In this document: positions 49,385 to 57,565 of the stretch, piece after piece | Layout: each line of letters opens with the position of its first letter | Numbering within the stretch: the stretch's first letter is position 1 | DNA from: Candidatus Poribacteria bacterium | GTDB lineage: Bacteria; Poribacteria; WGA-4E; WGA-3G | DNA length: 64,000 bases | Assembly (NCBI GenBank): GCA_965242965.1 | Contig: OZ251518.1 | Span: 4,512,001 to 4,576,000, forward strand | Direction: 5' to 3' | Notes under the pieces: model-generated | Database searches by the model: none | Seen by the model: the letters and a program-made list of their open reading frames with translations, nothing else | Told to the model about the DNA's origin: nothing | Position numbers and translations under genes: made by a program

Positions 49385-49434
49385 TTTCCAAGCCGAAATT
49401 CTACCTCTGTTTTACCAAGTGCTTGAAAAGACTT

Positions 49435-49642
49435 CACCGAATAAATAAACCCTTATCGGAGTTGCAGTGCGGATTCGCGAGTCTCCAGCCCCACAAGTTG
49501 ACTGCCTCCGCCTTTGAGTTTTCGGTATGGACGCGATAGGAAACGCCGCGTCCTTGAAAAACCGAGCACGACACGCACCCGGTTCTGCGCAGTCCGAGAG
49601 CCGCCTTTTCCGTGCGACCGGCACGAACCCGCGCAATTCGTT
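49435..49642 (-). ncRNA. Putative ~200-nt structured RNA / 5' leader, copy 1
   Basis: Starts just after a -10 box; closing stem GCGCGGGUUCGUG/CGCGAAUCCGCAC, inner CCGGUC/GGCUGG and GACUGC/GCAGUC, two internal hairpins. Confidence 0.55.
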
Positions 49643-49648
49643 TTAAAT

Positions 49649-49869
49649 AGGATACCACAAAACGCGAAAATTTGCAAACAAAAAATGTGCGCGAATTTTC
49701 TGTGGATACGGTATCAACGTTCGCATTCTACAAAAAACGCCGATTTATGTCAACCACTTTTTTGTGCAAGCGATGCCTCAAAATCGGTTTTCCCATCAGT
49801 TTTTGAGGGTTTCAGCACAAATTAGCCAGACGTTCCTTTAATTTTACCACATTTTCACAAAAAAGTCAA
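49649..49869 (-). promoter_or_regulatory. Three tandem sigma70 promoters in repeat copy 1
   Basis: TTGACT-17-TAAAAT (49869-49841), TTGACA-17-TAGAAT (49753-49725), TTGCAA-17-TATCCT (49677-49649). Confidence 0.7.
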
Positions 49870-49912
49870 ATTTTTCTTCATACGTTTTTGAACGCTTAGG
49901 CGAAATCACCGG

Positions 49913-51025
49913 TTATGATTTCCTCTGTCGATCTCGCCATTCAACAATCTGCCTCAAATCTTCGGCTAATTCCTGCTGAATATCAGGCTTGTCTATCGCT
50001 TCCTCAACCCATTTCACCCCATTCTTGACCAGTTGGGTGACCGTCCGAATATATTGAGCCGAGCTCGGCGCGTCCAAGCGTTGCCCAAAGTTGGTGATTC
50101 GTTCGTAAACCGCAACCGTGTGCATGATTTGATACCGCTTGTCTTCCTCCCACTTGTCGTCCCGATTATACAGATACGTTGGACCGCAGGTGACGTGCCA
50201 TCCCAGATCGAAGAGAGCCTGGTGAATGACGAATTTGGGAAGCGCGACGCAGAAAAATTCCGCGAAATTCTCACGGACGAGTTTCTTGACGTTATCGTGG
50301 CAATACCGGTTGACGAAAGCATCCCGAAAATCCTGACTTGCGCTGATATTCTCATTGACCCGATTCTCAAGTTGCTCAATCGCGGCTTGATTTATATGAT
50401 CTGAATCAATGTGAGAGGTGAGAAACAGCGTGAATTGGTTGCAAGGCCTCTGGTTAATCGGAAATGTTGCCTCCGTTTGCCACGCTAAAATTTGAAGTAT
50501 TGATTCCAGCAGTGGTGCTATTATCCCTTTTTTGGCGGGAAACATGACACCGAACACGTCAAGATTGACAATGTCAAACGGAAACGCTTCCTTCAAGCGA
50601 AGGTGGGTATCCTTGACTTGCAATTTTTCGCGAATTTCTGGTGAGTGGGGATTTTCACCTTCTTCCAGCCATGTCTTGCCAGATGTCTCTGCATCCTCCT
50701 TAAACAAGACAATTTCTTCAAATTCGCCCCGAAACCCCTGTTCAGGAGAACCGATGAAATCAGCGATTTTTCCGAAGTGCTCGCTGTTTTTCTCGCAGAA
50801 GTAAACACCTTCAAGGTATCCCGTGCCCGCGGCTCTCTCAAGAATTCCTGCGCGTTCTAACATAAAAACGTCAATTGCTTCGGCCGCACAGAAAGTAAAA
50901 TAGCGCAACGGAATCCTTTTTGAGCGCCTTCTGATTGCACGTTTTTGCTGCTGTGCTGCTGCCAGCCATCCGTCTGTTCTGACGTAATGTTTGAGAAGAT
51001 CGTCTTCATAATTGATGTGACTCAT
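49913..51025 (-). CDS. Uncharacterised protein, possible class I SAM-methyltransferase-like fold
   Basis: 370 aa; strand-acid pattern LRYFTFCA, VYFCE, FRGEFE, FPFDIVNLD; AGAGGA RBS; fold call is inference. Confidence 0.55.
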   Translation of the reverse strand: MSHINYEDDLLKHYVRTDGWLAAAQQQKRAIRRRSKRIPLRYFTFCAAEAIDVFMLERAGILERAAGTGYLEGVYFCEKNSEHFGKIADFIGSPEQGFRGEFEEIVLFKEDAETSGKTWLEEGENPHSPEIREKLQVKDTHLRLKEAFPFDIVNLDVFGVMFPAKKGIIAPLLESILQILAWQTEATFPINQRPCNQFTLFLTSHIDSDHINQAAIEQLENRVNENISASQDFRDAFVNRYCHDNVKKLVRENFAEFFCVALPKFVIHQALFDLGWHVTCGPTYLYNRDDKWEEDKRYQIMHTVAVYERITNFGQRLDAPSSAQYIRTVTQLVKNGVKWVEEAIDKPDIQQELAEDLRQIVEWRDRQRKS

Positions 51026-51047
51026 CTGAATAGAATCCTCTGGCGGT

Positions 51048-52655
51048 TTATAACAAACCGGACTTTACGAACTCTGATAAGAGACCGTAGAATTTTTCCC
51101 TACGTTTTTCTTCAGGGGCTTGCATGGAAATTTCAAACGCGTATGCGATAAGTTGCATAAGTTCCCGTTTGCTCTTCGGAGTTGGTAGGAATTTGCTTTG
51201 ATTGTTCTCAAGCACCTTCTCTCCAGACGGATCAACCATTAAAGGAAGTGACGATTCGTCAGTCGAAATCAAGACATAATCGTCTCCCAATTCTCGGTGG
51301 ATGAAGGCATTGAGCAGTGCCTGCTTTTCGGTTGCGCGCCCTTTACGTTTTGCCAGTGACCGTTCTCTTCCCCGGTGCCCTGCTTCGGGAAAAACTTCCG
51401 TTTCCAGCAAATTGTGGATAACCTCTTTGAGTTTTACAAAGTGCGGATGTATCTCATTGAAACTAGCCCGGTCAATATTGAGCGCGAATTCTAGCCCTCC
51501 TTCAACATCAACTTCGCCAGATATCCAATTGAAACGTGGATTGGGAATTCTCGGATAACTAAAGAGCGTGGCATCGTAAGTGCCGATAGCGACATTTCGG
51601 ATTCTTACTAGCAGCCCGCGGAGATCCATTGGTTCTATGGCACGCCCATCCTGCAAGTAAACATAGCCAGATATTCTGAAATTCTGACCATATACCTTCA
51701 CATTTTTATCAACAGCAAACAACCTCCCTGTTAGTTTGCCGCTTTCTGACGGTTGAGAGGCAAGTGGGTATCGGTGCGGGCGGCGTAACGACAACCCATC
51801 AACAACTACCTCAAATTGGTGTGTCTTTAAGGCTTGTTGCTGGTGGATGAGCCGTTCCTTGAGTTCCTGTGTTGCTACAATTTTGTCCCAATCAAAGGGA
51901 CCTGTCTCTACGTATGGCAAGGGGCATGCCACGGCGAGATCCCAAACCATCTGCCAGTATGGACTGACGGTTTTCGCCGATCGATTGGTGTGAATCTTCT
52001 TCAAGAATGCTGAGAAGATTGATGGCAGTCGATCTTTGCCTGAAGTTTCTCGAAACTTCCTTACAAAGGCGGAACGCATATCTGCAGCAATCACATAAGT
52101 TCCCGCTTTGTCAGGCTCATAGGCAACAGGCTCAATGCTAAATAGCCCTACATCAATCGGTTTCTCATCCGATGAATTTCCGGTTGAGGTTGCTGGTACA
52201 GGTTCTGGAGACACCTCGCTCACTTTTTCTCGCAGAAAATCAACTAAGCGTATCGTTGCGCGAAAAGCCGTTTGCGACGCTTTATGATGCGAGATAACCT
52301 GGAACTCGTGACAGATTTGGGCGATGCCTAGCATGCCGATGCCCAACCACCCAACGATAGGCCTGCCGAGAGTCGTGACATGACTCACCTTCCCCTCAGT
52401 AGTGGCGCGTTTGGTGCTATCACCGATGCCCTGACGCATAATCCTTTCAAACGTCTCTCGCGTCATGCCGCTGCCGTTGTCCCGGCATGTGATGATGTCG
52501 AAACTTGGCCAATTTGTGGTAATGGCGACACGAGTCGCGTCGGCATCAAACGCATTGCTGACGAGTTCTTTCAACGCGCCAGCCGGGCTGCGATAGATAC
52601 CCGCGCTGATGTGTCCCACTATTTTTGAACTGACTTCAATATTTTGCCAATCCAT
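51048..52655 (-). CDS. GHKL (MORC/MutL/HSP90-like) ATPase
   Basis: IYRSPAGALKELVSNAFDA (N box), DNGSGM (G1), GWLGIGM (G2), GT; S5-like region ending NIDRASF. Confidence 0.85.
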   Translation of the reverse strand: MDWQNIEVSSKIVGHISAGIYRSPAGALKELVSNAFDADATRVAITTNWPSFDIITCRDNGSGMTRETFERIMRQGIGDSTKRATTEGKVSHVTTLGRPIVGWLGIGMLGIAQICHEFQVISHHKASQTAFRATIRLVDFLREKVSEVSPEPVPATSTGNSSDEKPIDVGLFSIEPVAYEPDKAGTYVIAADMRSAFVRKFRETSGKDRLPSIFSAFLKKIHTNRSAKTVSPYWQMVWDLAVACPLPYVETGPFDWDKIVATQELKERLIHQQQALKTHQFEVVVDGLSLRRPHRYPLASQPSESGKLTGRLFAVDKNVKVYGQNFRISGYVYLQDGRAIEPMDLRGLLVRIRNVAIGTYDATLFSYPRIPNPRFNWISGEVDVEGGLEFALNIDRASFNEIHPHFVKLKEVIHNLLETEVFPEAGHRGRERSLAKRKGRATEKQALLNAFIHRELGDDYVLISTDESSLPLMVDPSGEKVLENNQSKFLPTPKSKRELMQLIAYAFEISMQAPEEKRREKFYGLLSEFVKSGLL

Positions 52656-52703
52656 AGCGCACCTCAGGAGTCAGGTTTTGTAACATGAGTGCATCAAGAA
52701 AGC

Positions 52704-52911
52704 CACCGAATAAATAAACTCTTATCGGAGTTGCAGTGCGGATTCGCGAGTCTCCAGCCCCACAAGTTGACTGCCTCCGCCTTTGAGTTAACGGTATGGA
52801 CGCGATAGGAAACGACGCGTCCTCGAAAAACCGAGCACGACACGCACCCGGTTCTGCGCAGTCCGAGAGCCGCCTTTTCCGTGCGACCGGCACGAACCCG
52901 CGCAATGCGTT
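52704..52911 (-). ncRNA. Putative structured RNA / leader, copy 2
   Basis: Same stems as copy 1; the few differences lie mostly in predicted loops or linkers. Confidence 0.55.
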
Positions 52912-53161
52912 TTAAATAGGATACCACAACATACGAAAATTTGCAAACAAAAAATGTGCGCGAATTTTCTGTGGATACGGCATCAACGTTCGCATTCTAC
53001 AAAAAACGCCGATTTATGTCAACCACTTTTTTGTGCAAGCGATGCCTCAAAATCGGTTTTCCTATCAATTTTTGAGGATTGCAGCACAAATTAGCCAAAC
53101 GTTCCTTTAATTTTACCACATTTTCACAAAAAAGTCAAATTTTTCTTCATCCGTTTTTGAA
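52704..53161 (-). repeat. 458-bp non-coding direct repeat, copy 2, upstream of the GHKL ATPase
   Basis: Colinear with copy 1 (offset 3269); promoters at 53110-53138, 52994-53022, 52918-52946; 52672-52703 additionally shared with copy 3. Confidence 0.95.
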
Positions 53162-53190
53162 TACTTACAGGAGTTCCCTCGGCGACTGAG

Positions 53191-53489
53191 CAGGTTTTGT
53201 AACATGAGTGCATCAAGAAAGCCACCGAATAAATAAACCCTTATCGGAGTTGCAGTGCGGATTCGCGAGTCTCCAGCCCCACAAGTTGACTGCCTCCGCC
53301 TTTGAGTTAACGGTATGGACGCGATGGGAAACGCCGCGTCCTTGAAAAACCGAGCACGGCACGCACCCGGTTCTGCGCAGTCCGAGAGCCGCCTTTTCCG
53401 ACGCGACCGGCACGAACCCGCGCAATTCGTTTTAAATAGTATATCACAGAACGCGAAAATTTGCAAACAAAAAATGTGCGCGAATTTTC
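53191..53489 (-). repeat. Partial repeat copy 3 (proximal promoter + structured RNA) with no gene downstream
   Basis: TTGCAA-17-TATACT at 53466-53438; only 29 bp separate it from copy 2. Confidence 0.92.
53223..53431 (-). ncRNA. Putative structured RNA / leader, copy 3
   Basis: Same stems; 1-nt insertion in a linker relative to copies 1 and 2. Confidence 0.55.
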
Positions 53490-53604
53490 CTAAAGAAACA
53501 CGCCAATCCACCGAGTTTGATAATCCTGCGAAATCCCGTAAATCTTGGAAATCCTGATTCAGACAACTGATTTATCACATTTTCACAAAAATATCACATT
53601 TTTC

Positions 53605-53633
53605 TTGACAAATTTATCAGAAAATAATAGAAT
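53605..53633 (+). promoter_or_regulatory. Sigma70-type promoter
   Basis: TTGACA-17-TAGAAT upstream of 53715. Confidence 0.6.
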
Positions 53634-53714
53634 ACCTATATTGACACTCTGTTCACGCTAAATGCGCGCAACAGAAATTACTAATGTCTCTAACCAACAG
53701 GAGGAATCTTGTTT

Positions 53715-54545
53715 ATGAGAATGTTTACTACCGTCGCTTATGTGCTGTGTGCCGCAGTCATCATGCTGGCAACAACAGCCGATGCAGCGAAGAAAATCGA
53801 TGTCTTCGTTTACACGGAGACCGTGCAGTGGATCGGCCAAGCACAAGCACAGGAAGAAGCCGACATACTGATCGAGGAAATTGAAGGCAAGCAAGGAATC
53901 GGTGAGGTTGTCAACGACCCGGCCAAGGCGGTTGAAGCCTGGACGAAGGACCATACCGTCGACAAGGGGAATCACATTATCGTCATGTTCGGGGATTTCC
54001 CTCAGGAAATTTATCCGAACGGTAAAGGCGACATCAAGAAGGGCTCCGTCGCTGAAGAATTCCTCGATGCCGGCAATACCTTCTCGAACAGTGCCGACTA
54101 CTTTTTCTGGGGACAAGGGGGCCGGAATGAAGCGCAAGGACTCCAAAACATGATGGATATCCCCGGAATCGTTCAGTGGGATGATGACACCCCGATGAAG
54201 GTGACGAAGGAAGGAAAGGACCTGACTCCGTCGTTGGACGATTACAACACGGACCGCCCGTTCCACCTCAATGAGCTCGATAACGATTGGGAATTGGAAA
54301 TCGCATTTGCAACCGAAACCGGCAAGGGGAGTAACGCGCAACGCTGCGATCCCTGTATCGTCCGGAACACGAAGACAGATGCACGCCTTATCCAAGTCTA
54401 CCAAACCAACAATCAGGATGATCCGAAAGGGGAAGTCATCGCGGAGATTATCCTGAACTACTATCTTGAAGTCGCGGGGGCCCTCGAGGTCGACCCGCAG
54501 GATAAACTGCCTACACGTTGGGCAGACATTAAAACTCGGAGGTAA
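53715..54545 (+). CDS. Secreted acidic hypothetical protein with Poribacteria-type C-terminal motif
   Basis: AGGAGG RBS, signal peptide, ends VDPQDKLPTRWADIK; paralog of the next gene. Confidence 0.8.
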   Translation: MRMFTTVAYVLCAAVIMLATTADAAKKIDVFVYTETVQWIGQAQAQEEADILIEEIEGKQGIGEVVNDPAKAVEAWTKDHTVDKGNHIIVMFGDFPQEIYPNGKGDIKKGSVAEEFLDAGNTFSNSADYFFWGQGGRNEAQGLQNMMDIPGIVQWDDDTPMKVTKEGKDLTPSLDDYNTDRPFHLNELDNDWELEIAFATETGKGSNAQRCDPCIVRNTKTDARLIQVYQTNNQDDPKGEVIAEIILNYYLEVAGALEVDPQDKLPTRWADIKTRR

Positions 54546-54551
54546 TAATTG

Positions 54552-55355
54552 ATGCGAAACGTTTTTATACTTTTAACTGCCATGGCTCTCATGGCTCTCC
54601 CCTTGGCACCGCTGTTCGCAGCGGGCGAAGTGGCAATCTATACCGGCACCACGCAGTGGATCGGCAAGGAACCCGCTGACGAACAGGCGCAAATCTGCGT
54701 TGACATGCTCAACGATGCCGGAATCACGAACACGTGGTTTGATAGCGATGGCGACATGGATGCCCTCGCCGAGTGGATGGAAAGTGTCACCGGCGACCAG
54801 GGTGTGGATGTCTGTGTGCTTTACGGCGATCTGCCGCCGAGTGTCTATCCCGAAGGCAACTCACAGACAGATGGCTCCATCGGCGAAACCTTCATTGAGA
54901 CTACCGATGGCGATACGTTCATCAACCACGCCGATTATATGTTCTGGGGACTCGGCGGTCGAAATGAGACAGGCGGTTTGCAGAACATGATGGACATTGC
55001 AGAAATCACGATGTGGGACGATGATACCGCGATGACCGTCACGGCCGATGGCAAGGCCATCTCGCCGAGTCTGACCGATTTTGCGTCAGACCGCCCGTTC
55101 CACGTCGATGAACTCGATGGCGATTGGGAAGTTGAGGTATCTCTGGCACAGAGCGATGATGGCACGCGTGCGGATCCGATTATCGTTCGCGATGGCAACC
55201 TCGGCAGACTGATTCCGGTCATTCAGACGAACGGCGGCGATGAGCCGAAAGGCGCGGTCGCGGCGGAAATCATCACCTGGCTGATGTCCACCACGCCTGT
55301 TGAACCGGCTGGAAAGTTATCCACAACGTGGGGAGACTTGAAAGCAGTCCGATGA
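54552..55355 (+). CDS. Secreted acidic hypothetical protein with Poribacteria-type C-terminal motif
   Basis: GGAGG RBS, signal peptide, shares ADYxFWG-GGRNE-GLQNMMDI-WDDDT-DRPFH with the previous gene; ends VEPAGKLSTTWGDLK. Confidence 0.82.
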   Translation: MRNVFILLTAMALMALPLAPLFAAGEVAIYTGTTQWIGKEPADEQAQICVDMLNDAGITNTWFDSDGDMDALAEWMESVTGDQGVDVCVLYGDLPPSVYPEGNSQTDGSIGETFIETTDGDTFINHADYMFWGLGGRNETGGLQNMMDIAEITMWDDDTAMTVTADGKAISPSLTDFASDRPFHVDELDGDWEVEVSLAQSDDGTRADPIIVRDGNLGRLIPVIQTNGGDEPKGAVAAEIITWLMSTTPVEPAGKLSTTWGDLKAVR

Positions 55356-56272
55356 GTGTTTTTGTTAGGGCGGCGAGGGCTATCCGAAGCCATCGCCGCC
55401 TCTCTCCAATGATATGTCCAGTGATATGCCCATTACTGTGTATTGTCCTCTCGTTGCTAGCGTTCGTTTCCTGCAATGAGCGGGTGGATTCTCCCATCGT
55501 TGGCACCTTGCCCATCGCAACGCTCACCACAGACAAAGATGCAGCCACCATGGTCTACGTTCCTGCAGGCGAGTTTTTGATGGGCACCAGCGATGCAGAC
55601 ATGGAGCAGTATAAAGTGCTGTTCCCTCTCCGCAAAATCTCCCGTTTTGACAACGAACGTCCGCAGCGCAAAGTGTTTGTTGATGCGTTCTACATTGACA
55701 GAACGGAGGTTACGAATCGGCAATACAAGCGGTTTCTCACCGAAACCGGCTACGAACCGAAGCACTATTTGGATTATTTGCCCTACAACGCGCCCGATTT
55801 GCCAGCCACGGTGCTGGAGTGGGAGGATGCTGTTGCTTATACCGAGTGGGCAGGCAAACGGCTGCCTACCGAGGCGGAATGGGAGAAGGCGGCGCGAGGC
55901 ACAGATGGACGTTTCTGGCCCTGGGGCAATGAATGGGATGCCACGAAACTGAGCGGTAATGACGGCACCGGGCTCAAAGACGGTTACAAGGAAACCGCGC
56001 CGGTTGCGCAATTTCCGCAAGGCGCGAGCCCTTACGGCGCGCTGGATATGGCAGGGAATCTGTGGGAGTGGGTATCCGATTGGTATGATGCCGACTACTA
56101 CCGCAAAAACCCGAGCAATGTGAATCCACAAGGACCGGAGACTGGGGATGGACACGTTTTGAAAGGCGGCGGCTGGGCAGAAAATTTAGACTTCACCCGA
56201 TGTGCCAATCGGCTGGGAGGAAATCCGGGCTCACTTTTGCGCGGTTTCCGTTGCGCCATGGACGCGCCATGA
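55352..56272 (+). CDS. Formylglycine-generating enzyme family (FGE-sulfatase/SUMF1) protein, probable lipoprotein
   Basis: VPAGEFLMG, TEVTN, RLPTEAEWEKAARG, DMAGNLWEW, GFRC; start uncertain (55352 or 55408). Confidence 0.9.
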   Translation: MSVFVRAARAIRSHRRLSPMICPVICPLLCIVLSLLAFVSCNERVDSPIVGTLPIATLTTDKDAATMVYVPAGEFLMGTSDADMEQYKVLFPLRKISRFDNERPQRKVFVDAFYIDRTEVTNRQYKRFLTETGYEPKHYLDYLPYNAPDLPATVLEWEDAVAYTEWAGKRLPTEAEWEKAARGTDGRFWPWGNEWDATKLSGNDGTGLKDGYKETAPVAQFPQGASPYGALDMAGNLWEWVSDWYDADYYRKNPSNVNPQGPETGDGHVLKGGGWAENLDFTRCANRLGGNPGSLLRGFRCAMDAP

Positions 56273-56310
56273 AACAGAATTGAAACAGAATGAGACAGAA
56301 TGAAACAGAT
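56269..56310 (+). repeat. Short tandem repeat of TGAAACAGAA (about 4 copies)
   Basis: ATGAAACAGAATTGAAACAGAATGAGACAGAATGAAACAGAT spans the stop of one gene and the start of the next. Confidence 0.75.
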
Positions 56311-56797
56311 TGGCACGCATGCAAACCCAGATCTGGATGCCATCGTCAGCGCATGGCTCGCACAAGATTTCCTCTTTCGCGGGCAACCGACAGAGGTGGT
56401 GTTCGTCAGCCGAAAAGTCCCTGAAAAGGTCATGCAGACAGCTGCTTGTCTCGTTGATGTCGGCAACACTTACTGTCCCGAACGTTATCGGTTTGACCAC
56501 AAGCCGCCGGCATTTGCGAACCGAAACAGCACGTGTGCGACGCGATTAATTTGGGAACATTTGCGGGAGATAGGTGTGAAAGTAGAACACCTTGCACCGC
56601 TCGTTCAGGTGACTTATGAAGGGGATACGCATCGGAATTCGGCGGCTCTCAAACAGAGTCGCATCGACGGGGCGCACGCGGAATTAGCGAAATTGAAGAG
56701 GAAATATCGGAAGACGATGGACATCTATCAACGGATGGTTGTCTGGTTGCGAGAACATGCGCGACAATTAAGGGAGGTAGAAACCAATGGCGTTTAG
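56300..56797 (+). CDS. Small DHH/MYG1-like phosphoesterase-domain protein
   Basis: THANPDLDA, LVDVG, RFDH, STCAT motifs; lacks a C-terminal DHHA domain. Confidence 0.6.
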   Translation: MKQIGTHANPDLDAIVSAWLAQDFLFRGQPTEVVFVSRKVPEKVMQTAACLVDVGNTYCPERYRFDHKPPAFANRNSTCATRLIWEHLREIGVKVEHLAPLVQVTYEGDTHRNSAALKQSRIDGAHAELAKLKRKYRKTMDIYQRMVVWLREHARQLREVETNGV

Positions 56798-57425
56798 TGA
56801 TTTTAAATCCATCCCTGAAGTCTTAAAAATATTCAGAATAGCACACGCCCAAGATGATTTTGTCAGGGGCGAGGAGACCTTAGCACCCTCAAAGCAATTT
56901 GTCCAAGAATTGAAGTTCGCCCAACGGCATATTAACATTTTCAGATCTGAGGGCGCGCGGTGTGAGACGGTCATCTATCCGGTCTTACGCGAAGTCTACA
57001 AGGCCTATGCTGAGAACTACGTGCTCTGGATTAAGGAGCCTCTTACCTACGATGCAATCTTGAGCGGCACGCCGGATTACTTCATCGCCACAAAATCTAA
57101 ATTCGGCAAACCCGTTATTGGGACACCTCTGGTGATCCTCGTCGAGGCGAAGAAAAACGATTTTGAGGTAGGGTGGGGGCAATGTCTCGCCGAGTTAATC
57201 GCCGCACAGAAAATCAATGCCCAGAACATCAAGGAACACGCGACGTTTCCGGTGTATGGCATCGTGACAGATGGCATCGGGTGGCAGTTTGGGAAACTTG
57301 TCGGCGACACTTTTACCGAGAACCTCACGCTGTTTGGCCTGGCAGATTTGCCGCGGTTGTTTGGCGCAATCGATGCTGTCTTCAAAGAGGTTCAAAAAGG
57401 CAGCATCGCGACTACGGAACAATAA
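56787..57425 (+). CDS. PD-(D/E)xK nuclease-like protein (HsdR-N-like), paralog 1
   Basis: SEGAR, GTPDY, VEAKK, GWGQCLAEL, YGIVTDG-WQFG. Confidence 0.8.
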   Translation: MAFSDFKSIPEVLKIFRIAHAQDDFVRGEETLAPSKQFVQELKFAQRHINIFRSEGARCETVIYPVLREVYKAYAENYVLWIKEPLTYDAILSGTPDYFIATKSKFGKPVIGTPLVILVEAKKNDFEVGWGQCLAELIAAQKINAQNIKEHATFPVYGIVTDGIGWQFGKLVGDTFTENLTLFGLADLPRLFGAIDAVFKEVQKGSIATTEQ

Positions 57426-57565
57426 CCCCGCGGCGGTTTTCGCAGTCGGCGTTTCTGGGACAGGCACGGTGTTGCCTTACCAGAAGAGGAGTGGAACCGT
57501 AGGAGAGACCTCCCGGTCTCGATGCACCCTCGGTGTGTTGCTTTACCAGAAGAGGAGTGGAACCG

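Larger units (their letters stand above)
49435..49892 (-). repeat. 458-bp non-coding direct repeat, copy 1 (three promoters + structured leader) upstream of pbeA
   Basis: Nearly identical to 52704-53161; first ~265 bp also at 53223-53489. Confidence 0.95.

Noticed and set aside
49412-49825. Protein-coding ORFs within the long repeat (also 52636-52927, 53113-53557)
   Set aside because: Non-ATG starts without RBS, different C-termini per copy and a 1-nt indel in copy 3; a leader peptide cannot be fully excluded.
49435-53489. Integron, IS, retron or group II intron explanation for the repeats
   Set aside because: No integrase, transposase or reverse transcriptase nearby, and no attC-like boxes, TIRs or intron domain V recognised.
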